The notes beneath the pieces were generated by a model. It had not been told where the DNA came from and did not search any database. It saw nothing but the letters and a program-made list of their open reading frames with translations. Positions 1 through 9,616 of a stretch of DNA of 64,000 bases are shown piece after piece. Both the position numbers and the translations under genes were made by a program. Positions within the stretch are counted from its first letter, which is position 1. Every line of letters starts with the position of its first letter. Source of the stretch: Smithellaceae bacterium (GTDB lineage Bacteria > Desulfobacterota > Syntrophia > Syntrophales > Smithellaceae); NCBI GenBank assembly GCA_030690945.1, contig JAUYFM010000064.1:928-64927 (forward strand), given 5' to 3'.

Positions 1-154
1 CAAACAATGTACAGAGCATCGAATACAAACCACGATTCATCGCTCTGCTGGAAATGTCATCCGAGCATCATCAGAACGATCTCCAGGAAACGGGCATGTG
101 AAATAAACATTCATCCCATATTGATAGGAATAAAGGGAGAAAGGGAGAACAGGT

Positions 155-541
155 ATGATCAATTACGGTTTCACTAAGGCGTTAAATATCCCTTATGGGA
201 AAGTTATTGATCTGGTGAGAGCTTCGCTGAAAAAAGAAGGATTCGGGGTACTGACGGAAATCGATGTCCAGGAAAAAATGAAGGAAAAGCTGGACGTTGA
301 TATGAATAAATACATCATTCTGGGCGCCTGCAATCCTCCGAATGCCTATCGTGCGATCCTTACCGAGGAAAACATCGGGCTCATGCTCCCCTGCAATGTT
401 ATTGTTTATGAAAAGGGCGGCAAGACAATGCTGTCCTTTATACGACCGACAGTTGCCATGCAGATGGTTGATAATGCAGAGCTTCAGAAAGTTTCGGAAG
501 AAATAGAGGGAAAGTTGAAGAAGGCCTTCGATGCCGTGTAA
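155..541 (+). CDS. DUF302 domain-containing protein
   Basis: 128-aa ORF preceded by a GGGAGA-type RBS. The translated pattern (GFGVLTEIDVQEKMKEKL...YIILGACNP...LPCNVIVYE) matches my memory of the DUF302 family. Confidence 0.75.
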   Translation: MINYGFTKALNIPYGKVIDLVRASLKKEGFGVLTEIDVQEKMKEKLDVDMNKYIILGACNPPNAYRAILTEENIGLMLPCNVIVYEKGGKTMLSFIRPTVAMQMVDNAELQKVSEEIEGKLKKAFDAV

Positions 542-557
542 TGAGGAGAGTCCGAAG

Positions 558-881
558 ATGAAAAAATATCTTGAATTATTTCTTACGCTGATGACCGGAT
601 TGCTTGTGTCCTGCGCCGGCGAAGGTTACTATGGCTCGCAAGGTCCCGGTGGATGGGTGCCCATGATGCATTATGGATTTGGATATGGAGGAATGTTTAT
701 GTGGATAATATTTCTGATCGTTATTGGATTGCTGATCTATTTCTTTGTTCAGACCCAGAAAACGAAGGGCCAGACGCCGACACAGAATGAAAGCCACCTG
801 GATATTTTAAAGAAACGCTATGCGAAGGGTGAAATCAATAAAGAAGATTTTGACCGGATGAGGCGTGATCTTGAAACTTAA
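558..881 (+). CDS. SHOCT domain membrane protein (possible lipoprotein)
   Basis: ORF 531-881, with the ATG at 558 (MKKYLELF) preferred. It has a signal/lipobox-like LLVSC and one TM segment. The C-terminal LDILKKRYAKGEINKEDFDRMRRDL is a typical SHOCT motif. Confidence 0.7.
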   Translation: MKKYLELFLTLMTGLLVSCAGEGYYGSQGPGGWVPMMHYGFGYGGMFMWIIFLIVIGLLIYFFVQTQKTKGQTPTQNESHLDILKKRYAKGEINKEDFDRMRRDLET

Positions 882-993
882 TGCCTTTTAAAGGCAAACA
901 CAGGACACGTTATCCATTGCTACGATTTATATACCTTATTATTTGTTCATCATATTTCGCTTATAACTGCCACAGCATAAGGAAATCAGCAAA

Positions 994-3717
994 ATGAGTC
1001 GCATACAAGTGATGTTTGACCCCAAAACAATAGCCCTGATCGGTGCAACTGAGAAGGAAGGCGCCATCGGGCGGACAATCCTTCAAAACCTGCTTAAGTC
1101 AAAAGAGCGGAGAATATTTCCAGTAACCCCCCATGCGGGCAAGGTGCTGGATGTGGAGAGCTACCCATCCATCGCAAACGTTCCCGATCATGTGGAGCTG
1201 GCTGTTGTTGCAACTCCTGCCCGCTCGGTGCCTGGCGTGCTTGAGGACTGCGGTAAGGTCGGCGTTGCAGGGGTAGTCATCGTCTCCGCCGGGTTCAAGG
1301 AAATTGGCAAAGAAGGTATACAGTTGGAGAACGAAATCGACCGGATCAGAAAAAAATACGGGATGCGTATTATGGGACCAAACTGCATTGGCTTTTTGCG
1401 GCCCATACTGAACTTAAATGCAACCTTTCTTAAAGGGAACCCTGCACCGGGAAATATCGCTTTCATTTCTCAGAGTGGCGCCCTCGGCAGCGCAATACTC
1501 GATTGGGCGGTCAGCGCCGGGATAGGCTTTAGCCTGTTTGCATCACTGGGTTCCATAATCGATATCGACTTTGGCGACATGATCGATTTCCTGGGCGATG
1601 ATCCGGCCACCAAGAGCATCCTGATCTATATGGAAAGTGCGGGCAATGCCCGAAAATTCATGAGTGCGGCAAGGGCGTTCGCCCGCCAAAAACCCATCAT
1701 TATTTTAAAGCCCGGCAGATTCGCCGAGAGCGCAAGGGCGGCCCATTCCCACACGGGCGCAATGGCCGGGGACGACGCGATATATGAAGCAGCCTTCAGG
1801 CGGGCCGGCGTCGTAAGGGTCGGAGAGATAGAGGAGCTCTTTGATGCTGCCAAGGTTCTTGATTCGAAGAAATTACCAGCCGGTCCGAGGCTGGCCATCA
1901 TAACTTCCGCCGGCGGACCCGGCGTGATGGCCACCGACGCCCTTATCCACTTGGGTGGGGAACTGGCGGGAATCTCTGATGACAGCATGAAACAGCTCAA
2001 CGCATTTTTGCCACCTTACTGGAGCAAAGCCAACCCCGTTGACCTGCTGGGAGACGCAACCGTGGAAAGGTTCACGAAAGCCCTCACCATCTGCCTCGGA
2101 GATCCCATGGTGGACGGCGTGCTCGTCATTTATGTCCCCCTGGATTCGGCCCCTTCAACAAGGCTTGCGCAAGCGGTGGCCGATATCGCTAAAAGCGCTT
2201 TGAAGCCGGTTATTGCAACGTGGATGGGGTCAAAAGACGTCGAGGAAGGCAGACTTATTTTTGTAAAAAACAGCATCCCGACCTACAATACGCCGGAAGG
2301 GGCTATCAGAACGTATATGAATATGTGCAAGTACAAGAAACATCTCGACCAGCTCTATGAGACCCCTGACGAGTTGCCGCCGCATAAAGCACCGTCGAAA
2401 AATCATCTCAAAGAGCTTATCCGGATGGCCCTTAAGGAAGGACGAACACTTCTCAACGAGGAAGAGTCCAAGGATTTTCTTGCGACCTACCATATTCCGG
2501 TGATTATGGTACAGGCCGCAAAGGATCCGGAAGCAGCGGTGAGCCTTGCAGAAAAAGTGGGTTATCCGGTTGTTATCAAAGTCGTGTCACCGGATATCTC
2601 CCACAAAAGCGATGTGGGTGGCGTTATCACGGGAATAGATTCCAGTGTGGCCTTGAAGAAGGCGTATGAGACGTTAATGCAAAGCGTGAAGAAACACGCT
2701 CCGGCAGCGGCCATAAACGGTGTGGCTATAGAAAAGATGTTCACAAATGTTGATTACGAGCTCATTTTGGGAGCCAGGAAGGATAGGGATTTCGGTACGG
2801 TCATCCTCTTTGGAATGGGAGGAACGACGGCGGAGTTCATCAAAGATTTTTCGATCGGGTTTCCCCCGCTCAATCAGTCCCTGGCGAAGATGTTGATTCA
2901 GGATACCCGGGTATACAAAATGCTCCAGGGTTTTCGGGGCAAACCGGCGGCAGATTTTGAAGGACTCGAGGAAATCCTTGTCAATTTTTCCAATCTGATC
3001 GTCGATTTTCCCGAAATTGCTGAAATCGACATCAATCCTCTGGCCATATCCAATGGCAAAGCCTCCGCCCTCGACGCCCGAATCATTATTGACAAGAATT
3101 ATGCCGATACCTCGCGATCAACCTATCCGCACCTGATTATTGCTCCCTATCCGACCAGGTACATCACACCCTGGCAACTGTCGGATGGTACCGATGTGCT
3201 TCTGAGACCTATACGACCTGAGGACGAACCGGCTGAGCACGAGATGCTCTCTTCTTTATCTGAACAAACATTGAGGACCAGGTTTTTCTCTATTTTTAAA
3301 AACATATCCCATGAATGGCTTATTCTTTTCTGTAATATTGATTATGACCGGCACATGGCGATCGTTGCAGAAATGACGGAAAATGGAAGGAAAAGCATGA
3401 TAGGGGTTGCCCGACTTATTATGGATCAGGACATGAAATCCGGTGAATTGGCCGTTCTTGTACAGGACAGGTTCCAGGGTAAACGCCTTGGGTCTAAACT
3501 TGTCGAGATACTCATCGGGATTGCCCGCGAAAGAGGTCTTGGGAATATTCGAGCAGATGTTCTTACCGAGAATGAGAGCATGCTCAATGTCTTCAGGAGG
3601 TTTGGATTTACAACCCATGCAGTCCCGGACGGCGTGACTGAGGTCATGCTGAAAATCAGCAACGATAAGGAGCATTTATGGCCGGTGTCCAATGTATTAA
3701 CTGTAATTACATTATAA
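994..3717 (+). CDS. Pat-type protein acetyltransferase: ADP-forming acetyl-CoA synthetase-like domains fused to a C-terminal GNAT
   Basis: 907-aa ORF. The N-terminal CoA-binding motif (IALIGATEKEGAIG) is followed by a succinyl-CoA-ligase-like region, then an ATP-grasp region (YPVVIKVVSPDISHKSDVGGV). The C-terminal GNAT core is LVQDRFQGKRLGSKL. Confidence 0.85.
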   Translation: MSRIQVMFDPKTIALIGATEKEGAIGRTILQNLLKSKERRIFPVTPHAGKVLDVESYPSIANVPDHVELAVVATPARSVPGVLEDCGKVGVAGVVIVSAGFKEIGKEGIQLENEIDRIRKKYGMRIMGPNCIGFLRPILNLNATFLKGNPAPGNIAFISQSGALGSAILDWAVSAGIGFSLFASLGSIIDIDFGDMIDFLGDDPATKSILIYMESAGNARKFMSAARAFARQKPIIILKPGRFAESARAAHSHTGAMAGDDAIYEAAFRRAGVVRVGEIEELFDAAKVLDSKKLPAGPRLAIITSAGGPGVMATDALIHLGGELAGISDDSMKQLNAFLPPYWSKANPVDLLGDATVERFTKALTICLGDPMVDGVLVIYVPLDSAPSTRLAQAVADIAKSALKPVIATWMGSKDVEEGRLIFVKNSIPTYNTPEGAIRTYMNMCKYKKHLDQLYETPDELPPHKAPSKNHLKELIRMALKEGRTLLNEEESKDFLATYHIPVIMVQAAKDPEAAVSLAEKVGYPVVIKVVSPDISHKSDVGGVITGIDSSVALKKAYETLMQSVKKHAPAAAINGVAIEKMFTNVDYELILGARKDRDFGTVILFGMGGTTAEFIKDFSIGFPPLNQSLAKMLIQDTRVYKMLQGFRGKPAADFEGLEEILVNFSNLIVDFPEIAEIDINPLAISNGKASALDARIIIDKNYADTSRSTYPHLIIAPYPTRYITPWQLSDGTDVLLRPIRPEDEPAEHEMLSSLSEQTLRTRFFSIFKNISHEWLILFCNIDYDRHMAIVAEMTENGRKSMIGVARLIMDQDMKSGELAVLVQDRFQGKRLGSKLVEILIGIARERGLGNIRADVLTENESMLNVFRRFGFTTHAVPDGVTEVMLKISNDKEHLWPVSNVLTVITL

Positions 3718-3883
3718 ATTTCCCGGTGCGAAACAATAATCCTTGCTGATCCCATGGATGTTCTGAGGGCGGTGGGGGCTGAAATCATCACAGATGTTCG
3801 CGAAAAACGAAGAGAGAAAAGTTTTTTTTCGTGGTTATCTTTCAGTCGGTAAGAAATATAATTCGGCGATTGCCGGAATATTT

Positions 3884-6800
3884 CTACCGTCCCAAAATCA
3901 CGTCTCCTGTATCCGTGATGAGCTTTTCCGGCAATTGAAAAAGTCGCCGGAATGTATCGAGCGTTCCTTTGGCCAGCGACCGCACAGGTATGGGACTCAC
4001 ATTGGGGTCGTCCCAATTTCCATCGACTTTGAAATGGACGGTAATCAGATGACCGCCTTCGTCGGTGAGAACCCACCCCGCGATGGGAATTCTCGCCGCG
4101 ATACGATCCAGGGTTTGCAGCGGATGCACGCCGACAATGTGGTCCAATTTCTTTTTCAGCAAATCAACTTTTCCCACACCCGAAATCTGCATGGCATCGC
4201 TGTCGATGAGAAAATCGTCCGAGGATAAGACGCCGTTCTTGAGCAACAGACCGGCTGTGATCGATGTATAGGGCATCCCGTCTTTTGCCATATCCGGCAG
4301 TTGGAATTTTAGCAATTGAGAGACATTGAGCAGCGAGAATATTTTGGAAAATACGGAAAACTTTTTCAGGACACCCTTTTCAGCCCTGACCTTAAAAGTG
4401 CCAGTCGCTGTCTTCGTAAAATCGTTCATAATGCTTCCTGTAGCGGTCACATCTCCCGCAAGCGACATTTTTCCGGTCAGCGTACGGTCTCCAATGTCCA
4501 GGAGTACCTTGAACTTTTCCAGCGATATTTTATCAAGGGAAAAATTTGCCTGGTATCGATTCTGACCATCGGGACGGATCTCCACCCTGCCCTTTCCCTT
4601 GAGGCTGCCATCCAGAACACCTGCTTCCAATGTTTCGATCGACAGAATTCCCTGAGCATATTTTAAACCGGCGCCTAGTTTTTTGAAATCAGAGCCATTG
4701 AATACACCGGCATCCGCACGCAGAGTTAAGTCCAGCTCTATCTTGGAAGGAGAATCATCACCCTGTTTTGAATACTTCAAGGTTATCAGGCGAGCAACAT
4801 CATCCGAATGGATATACGGGGAATTCAGGGTTACAATAATCTTCTGATCAGCAACATCCGGGACATCCCCCGACAAATTAAAAATGGACTTTCCCAGCGC
4901 GAGTGAAAGCCGGTCAACATGGAGGCGGTTATCTCCAACGGTGATTTGCCCCTTCACATTTTGAAAGTTCACGTCGCCTTCCGGGGCAGACAATCCCACA
5001 TCTGTGGCCTTGAGCAGTGGCGTATCGAATTGACAGGCGACTTTCGCCTTCTGGAAATTCCGCATCCTGCATTTCCCCTGAATAACACTGTCGCCGATGC
5101 GTGCTGTGATTAGCGATGTTTCCATGCGGTTGCCATTGAAAGCAGCCACTCCTGTTAAGCCGCTTACCGGCTTTACGGCACCCGAGGGCTTGAACGCAAC
5201 ATTGGTCAATGAAACATTACCTTTCCAAAGGAAAGAACCCGGCTCGCGAGGATCGCTGCCACCGGCCATATCGATCAGACAGGACCCGGCGGGATCAAAT
5301 TTCCGCCAACCCGGCAGAATCGAGACGGCTTCACGAATGTCAAACGTATTGGACTGAACGTTCACAGACAGGGGTTTCTTTCCCGTGAATCTATAGGTGG
5401 CGGAGCCGTTTACGGTCACCGGCGACAAGTCATATTTATAGGAAGAAACTCTGACAGCATTCTTGTTTAGAATGATTTCGGCGGAAAGCTGGTTGTGTTT
5501 CGCCTTGGGTTTTTCCATGATATCCGGATACGCATAGCCGGCCTGGGTCAGATCCCAGTGGGCGCTGATCTGGTAATTCTCAGCAGGACCCTTTCCCGAG
5601 AGATGAAGTGTTGAAGACCCGTCGAAGGTGAGATTGCGGAATTTTTCGCTTCCTAAAAGCCATAGGACCTCATTGCGGGCGGGCTGAAGGGTCATGTTAG
5701 CGGTGTAGATGACAGGCGGCGGCAGGGCAAAATCGGAAATGCCACCGTCGAGCTTGCAGGGCGAAGCACCGAAACGGCCCGTCATATTCTTGAGCGAAAA
5801 TTGCCTGTTTTTCAGTTCCAGCATGCCGCTGATGTCCTGAAAGTCAGGGGTCTTGTCGCCGGCGCCGACCACGAAAACGCCTTTCTTGACTTCCGCCCGG
5901 ATGGAAAGGACACCGGCATTTTCTTGTTTCATCATATTGGCAATCTGGCTTAGCCTGCCTGCGAGCTTTCCTTCGACCAGGCGGAAGTCGCCCTGCGTGA
6001 CGTGAGCCTCAATGAAACGCCCAACGCCTTGGGGGATGATTCCCCAGGGAATATAAGATTGCATTTCTGTAAGCGGGAAGACGGAGGTTGCGGCGGTTGC
6101 TGTAAGCAGAGGATCTTCCTTATCTATGTCCTGGATGACAAAGCGGCAGGCCAAAGCAACGCGATCAACCACTCCACGGGCAACCTCCAGGGTAAGATTC
6201 CCGGCATTGCGCGTTAAGACGTAATCGACATGGACAGTCCGCGGCTGCAAAGGCTTCCGGAAAACATGCGGATAGTGCAGCAGGGCGTCTTTCACCGTAA
6301 TGGTTCCTTTCGATGTGAACTGCGAGACAGTTCCCGAAATCGTCGTCTGCAGATCCAGACGTCCGGCCAGTTGTTCGATAGACACATGACCGCGCAGGTA
6401 AGGCTGGTAATGATTGATATCCATTCCCGTCAATCGGATGGACGCATCCAGTGTGCCCTCCTCAATCGGTTTTTCGAAAGGAGAGGGGAGAATGGTTCCC
6501 TCAAGCGAAAGCGCTCCCTGATTTTTATTTTCGTTGACGGTGGCTGTGATACTGAAACGGGACGTTTTGCTAAAAAGCCGCGGATCGATCCGGCATTGCA
6601 GATTAGTAAGCGAGGTCGTAAGGCCTTCCGCGCCTTCCGCGCCTGCCGTCTGGTCGGTAAAGATCAGCACACCTTTCTCAATGGTGACTTTCCGCAGATC
6701 CAGAGTCATCTCCGGTTTCTTTTGTCGATTCAGAAGATCGGAAATATTCAGAATACCTGCCTGATCCCGCTTCAATGATAAGCGGGGTTCATCAAGAATA

Positions 6801-7144
6801 GTTTCCCGGAGGACCATGCGCTTTGCCAAAAGAGGAAGCAAATCTATCCGAAAAGAAGCGGTGCCCACATGGAGTAAATCGGAGGACCGGTCTTTATCCC
6901 GGATCACAAGATTGGTGAATTGTAACGCCAGCCCGTCGCGGAGCGTCAGCGTGGCTTTTACCGTTTCGTAGGTAACATCGCGATCCAATGCGTTGCCCGC
7001 GCCTGTCGTGATTTTTTCCCGAAACGTATCGAGTTGTGACAACTGGTAGGACGCATAAAACCAAGCACCCGCTAACAGCGAAAAGAGCACAATAAGCGCG
7101 ATGGCGGCTATCAGGAGACCTTTGATCAGGGTACTTTTTTTCAT
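3884..7144 (-). CDS. AsmA/YhdP-like large envelope protein
   Basis: 1086-aa ORF with a single N-terminal TM (LLIAAIALIVLFSLLAGAWFY). It has a long beta-rich body and a C-terminal region resembling the AsmA-like/YhdP C-terminal domain. Confidence 0.65.
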   Translation of the reverse strand: MKKSTLIKGLLIAAIALIVLFSLLAGAWFYASYQLSQLDTFREKITTGAGNALDRDVTYETVKATLTLRDGLALQFTNLVIRDKDRSSDLLHVGTASFRIDLLPLLAKRMVLRETILDEPRLSLKRDQAGILNISDLLNRQKKPEMTLDLRKVTIEKGVLIFTDQTAGAEGAEGLTTSLTNLQCRIDPRLFSKTSRFSITATVNENKNQGALSLEGTILPSPFEKPIEEGTLDASIRLTGMDINHYQPYLRGHVSIEQLAGRLDLQTTISGTVSQFTSKGTITVKDALLHYPHVFRKPLQPRTVHVDYVLTRNAGNLTLEVARGVVDRVALACRFVIQDIDKEDPLLTATAATSVFPLTEMQSYIPWGIIPQGVGRFIEAHVTQGDFRLVEGKLAGRLSQIANMMKQENAGVLSIRAEVKKGVFVVGAGDKTPDFQDISGMLELKNRQFSLKNMTGRFGASPCKLDGGISDFALPPPVIYTANMTLQPARNEVLWLLGSEKFRNLTFDGSSTLHLSGKGPAENYQISAHWDLTQAGYAYPDIMEKPKAKHNQLSAEIILNKNAVRVSSYKYDLSPVTVNGSATYRFTGKKPLSVNVQSNTFDIREAVSILPGWRKFDPAGSCLIDMAGGSDPREPGSFLWKGNVSLTNVAFKPSGAVKPVSGLTGVAAFNGNRMETSLITARIGDSVIQGKCRMRNFQKAKVACQFDTPLLKATDVGLSAPEGDVNFQNVKGQITVGDNRLHVDRLSLALGKSIFNLSGDVPDVADQKIIVTLNSPYIHSDDVARLITLKYSKQGDDSPSKIELDLTLRADAGVFNGSDFKKLGAGLKYAQGILSIETLEAGVLDGSLKGKGRVEIRPDGQNRYQANFSLDKISLEKFKVLLDIGDRTLTGKMSLAGDVTATGSIMNDFTKTATGTFKVRAEKGVLKKFSVFSKIFSLLNVSQLLKFQLPDMAKDGMPYTSITAGLLLKNGVLSSDDFLIDSDAMQISGVGKVDLLKKKLDHIVGVHPLQTLDRIAARIPIAGWVLTDEGGHLITVHFKVDGNWDDPNVSPIPVRSLAKGTLDTFRRLFQLPEKLITDTGDVILGR

Positions 7145-7317
7145 AGTTACTTACCGTCTAGCAGTGTTTCAATATTATATAAGCAATTAATATGCCTGGA
7201 TAAATATTGTCATAACGACATGATCATATTCTACAGTCAGCGCCCGATTTATTTCAACAAAAAACTGGGGATATTTTTTTAACAACCACAATAGACAAAA
7301 CGCGCAAACCCTTGCGT

Positions 7318-7467
7318 CCCTCAATATGCTGAGGTTCCACCAGATATTGAGGCCAAACAAATCATTTCATGCCTCTCTGTCTTTCTCTTTTTTTCATCTA
7401 ATGTCATGTTATTAAAGGATCAATCCAAACTTATGACCCTCTATCAGGTATTGGCAGGATACTTGCT
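7318..7467 (+). promoter_or_regulatory. Sigma-54 promoter cassette copy 1 (tandem dyad UAS + A/T-rich spacer + -24/-12 element)
   Basis: The UAS at 7319-7352 is CCTCAATATGCTGAGG-TT-CCACCAGATATTGAGG. The -24/-12 element at 7452-7467 is TGGCAGgatacTTGCT. The ATG of the first gene lies 59 nt downstream. Confidence 0.8.
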
Positions 7468-7524
7468 GTTACAGTGGTATGATTCGGGGAAAGAAATCGT
7501 ACATCATCATGAAGGAGAAAAAAA

Positions 7525-7677
7525 ATGGTTACAATACTGATTGTTATTTTAGTTCTTGCTCTCGTTGGCGTACTGCCTACCTGGCCTCACTCTAAGAGTT
7601 GGGGATTCTACCCCAGCAGCGGCGTTGGATTGCTTCTTCTGATTTTGGTCATCTTGCTGATAGCGGGGCGGATTTAA
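7525..7677 (+). CDS. DUF3309 family small membrane protein (50 aa)
   Basis: This ORF is not in the supplied track (<60 aa). Translation is MVTILIVILVLALVGVLPTWPHSKSWGFYPSSGVGLLLLILVILLIAGRI. The LPTWP..SWG.YPSGG core is the DUF3309 signature as I recall it. A GAAGGAG RBS lies upstream. Confidence 0.75.
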   Translation: MVTILIVILVLALVGVLPTWPHSKSWGFYPSSGVGLLLLILVILLIAGRI

Positions 7678-7876
7678 ACTCAAGATCAAGAAGATCGCAT
7701 AGGGAACTCAGCAATAATCCAGAATCAGAAGAAGCAGAAGGCGCCAGTGAAAAGCTAGGCGGCGGAGTTCAGGAAAAGGTCCGTCAAAAAAAGTTCCGGA
7801 TAAGTGAACAACAAGACGCCATCGGCCTGAATATTTTTTTACTAACCCATTTAACATTTAAAAAAGGAGAAATAAA

Positions 7877-8431
7877 ATGAAACAAACCAGAATTAAATTA
7901 TTTTTCATCGTGTGTATGGCTTTGATTATAGGAAGCCTCCCGGTTTCCTCTTACGCGGCCACGGCAGGTGAGATTGATGCCGGCGTCAATGCATCCCTCG
8001 ACCGGTTTGTCAAGGAAGTCAAGGGGGCGCAGGAGTTTCTTAACGCCGCCCAGGGAGTCCTTATCATCCCTAAGGTTATCCAGGGAGGGCTTGTGGTTGG
8101 CGCCGAGTATGGTGAGGGCGCCTTAAGGATCGGCGGAAAAACGGTTGCCTATTATAACATTGCTTCCGCATCTTTCGGAGCGCAAATCGGCGGCGAGTTA
8201 AAAGACATCATCCTTGTCTTCATGGATAAAACGGTCTTGAAGAAATTTCGTAACAGCCAAAACTGGAAAGCCGGTGTGGATGCCAAGGTAACCTTGATCA
8301 ATGTCGGCGTCGATGAATCCATAAATACGATGAAAATAAAGCAACCTGTTGTGGGATTTGTCTTTGGACAGAAAGGGCTGATGGTCGGCGCCACGATAGA
8401 AGGCTCGAAATTTACCAAAATGAAAAAATAA
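7877..8431 (+). CDS. SYLF (Ysc84/DUF500) lipid-binding domain protein, secreted
   Basis: 184-aa ORF with an AAGGAG RBS and a signal peptide (LPVSSYAATA). Glycine-rich beta repeats (GGLVVGAEYGEGAL, SFGAQIGG, GLMVGATIEGS) are typical of SYLF domains. Confidence 0.7.
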   Translation: MKQTRIKLFFIVCMALIIGSLPVSSYAATAGEIDAGVNASLDRFVKEVKGAQEFLNAAQGVLIIPKVIQGGLVVGAEYGEGALRIGGKTVAYYNIASASFGAQIGGELKDIILVFMDKTVLKKFRNSQNWKAGVDAKVTLINVGVDESINTMKIKQPVVGFVFGQKGLMVGATIEGSKFTKMKK

Positions 8432-8445
8432 ACAACGAGTAAAAG

Positions 8446-8498
8446 GGGACGGTTCTAATATCCCCCCCTCTTCTGTAAAGAAGTTAGAACCGTCCCCT
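8446..8498 (+). other. Perfect 14-bp-stem hairpin between the SYLF gene and the small lipoprotein gene
   Basis: GGGGACGGTTCTAA (8446-8459) is the exact reverse complement of TTAGAACCGTCCCC (8485-8498), with a 25-nt loop. There is no T-tract. Confidence 0.6.
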
Positions 8499-8549
8499 GA
8501 ACATATTCATTCAGCAATTAGCTTTTAATAAGATAAGGAGATGCAAATC

Positions 8550-8684
8550 ATGAAAAAGTGGAAGAGTATCATCGCCGTGTTGGCAATAGTCGCCCTTATT
8601 GCGGGACTGTCGAGCTGCAAAGAAGGTCCGCTGGAGAACGCCGGTAAGAAAGTCGATAAGGCCGTAGAAGACATCAAGAAATGA
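8550..8684 (+). CDS. Entericidin EcnA/B-like small lipoprotein (44 aa)
   Basis: This ORF is not in the supplied track. Translation is MKKWKSIIAVLAIVALIAGLSSCKEGPLENAGKKVDKAVEDIKK. An AAGGAG RBS lies 9 nt upstream. It has a lipobox (GLSSC) and an amphipathic C-terminal tail of the C..EGAGK..E.A type seen in entericidin-family lipoproteins. Confidence 0.55.
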   Translation: MKKWKSIIAVLAIVALIAGLSSCKEGPLENAGKKVDKAVEDIKK

Positions 8685-8770
8685 TGGCCATGGCGCAAAG
8701 ATAGACTTCTCTCCCATGATGTTTCTCCTTCTTTAATGTTGTCTGAAACATCTCCCCATTCTGTTGGATT

Positions 8771-9616
8771 TTACAAAGCAAGGGGGATGACGTCACCTGC
8801 CAGAATGACCTTGTCGTCCTCAGTGGTAATGGCATAGGAGCTGTGCTCGACAAGTTCGTACAGATGAATATACTTGGCCACTTCCACAGGCTCGCTGGTT
8901 TTTCTGCCGAAATATTTCCCCGGCTTGCTGAAGACATCTGTAATCACTCGGTCGTCGTAGATGGAAAAATCAAAGGAACTGTCAGTATCCCGGTTGCTGA
9001 TGTTTGTTGTTGACGGCAGTTCATCGTGAAATGCAATGCGCACATTAATATTGTTACGGTATTGGGTGAGAAGGATCTTCTGAAAATCAGTCTCGGCAAG
9101 GTTCTCGCGGTTGACTACAAAAATACGGGTGATCTTCACACCGCGTTCAATGGCGCGCAGATTGGCCTGGTAGAAATTGTGCAGGGCGCCCCGGGTATCC
9201 CATCCCGTGGTTATCCGGTCCACTATCTTGGCATAGTTAGCCGCCTGCTCCATCTGTTTGGCCCCTTCCAGATTGAATTCCGTCTCGTCCATGGGGATAT
9301 ATCCCTGCTGCAAGAGCGAAATAGTCCGCATGGCGGAAGCCACCAACTCATGGGCCTTACTCTGACATTCGGGATCGCTGATTCTGGCGACGGCGAATGT
9401 CAGCTCATGGGCTTGGTTATACTGTTCAAGCAATTCTGCACGGGTCTTTTCGATATCGTCCCGCAACAGATAGGTGACCAGTGATAGGAGGACGCCGATG
9501 CCAAAGATGGTATAGGCAGCTTCCGGATACCGGAGCACCTGGTGGAAAAAGACGGCAAGGGCTGATCCTGCGAGAAATTCGATCAGGACAGCTATTTTCT
9601 GTATCTTGATATTCAT
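8771..9616 (-). CDS. Hypothetical membrane-anchored protein (2 N-terminal TM segments, unknown C-terminal domain)
   Basis: 281-aa ORF. Its start overlaps the stop of the upstream EEP gene by 4 nt (ATGA). I recognise no confident family. The C-terminal strand pattern (GVKITRIFVV...INVRIAFHD...DFSIYDDRV) loosely resembles a PLD repeat but lacks HxK. Confidence 0.5.
   Translation of the reverse strand: MNIKIQKIAVLIEFLAGSALAVFFHQVLRYPEAAYTIFGIGVLLSLVTYLLRDDIEKTRAELLEQYNQAHELTFAVARISDPECQSKAHELVASAMRTISLLQQGYIPMDETEFNLEGAKQMEQAANYAKIVDRITTGWDTRGALHNFYQANLRAIERGVKITRIFVVNRENLAETDFQKILLTQYRNNINVRIAFHDELPSTTNISNRDTDSSFDFSIYDDRVITDVFSKPGKYFGRKTSEPVEVAKYIHLYELVEHSSYAITTEDDKVILAGDVIPLAL

Noticed and set aside
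1-154. A possible 3' end of a + strand gene entering the window (the frame ends at TGA near position 99-101).
   Set aside because: The fragment is too short to recognise any family, and the frame choice is ambiguous.
7599-7880. A 93-aa ORF between the DUF3309 and SYLF genes.
   Set aside because: It overlaps the well-supported DUF3309 frame and has no RBS. Its product is low-complexity and charged (RSRRSHRELSNNPESEEAEG). It is more likely a non-coding ~200-nt spacer within operon 1.
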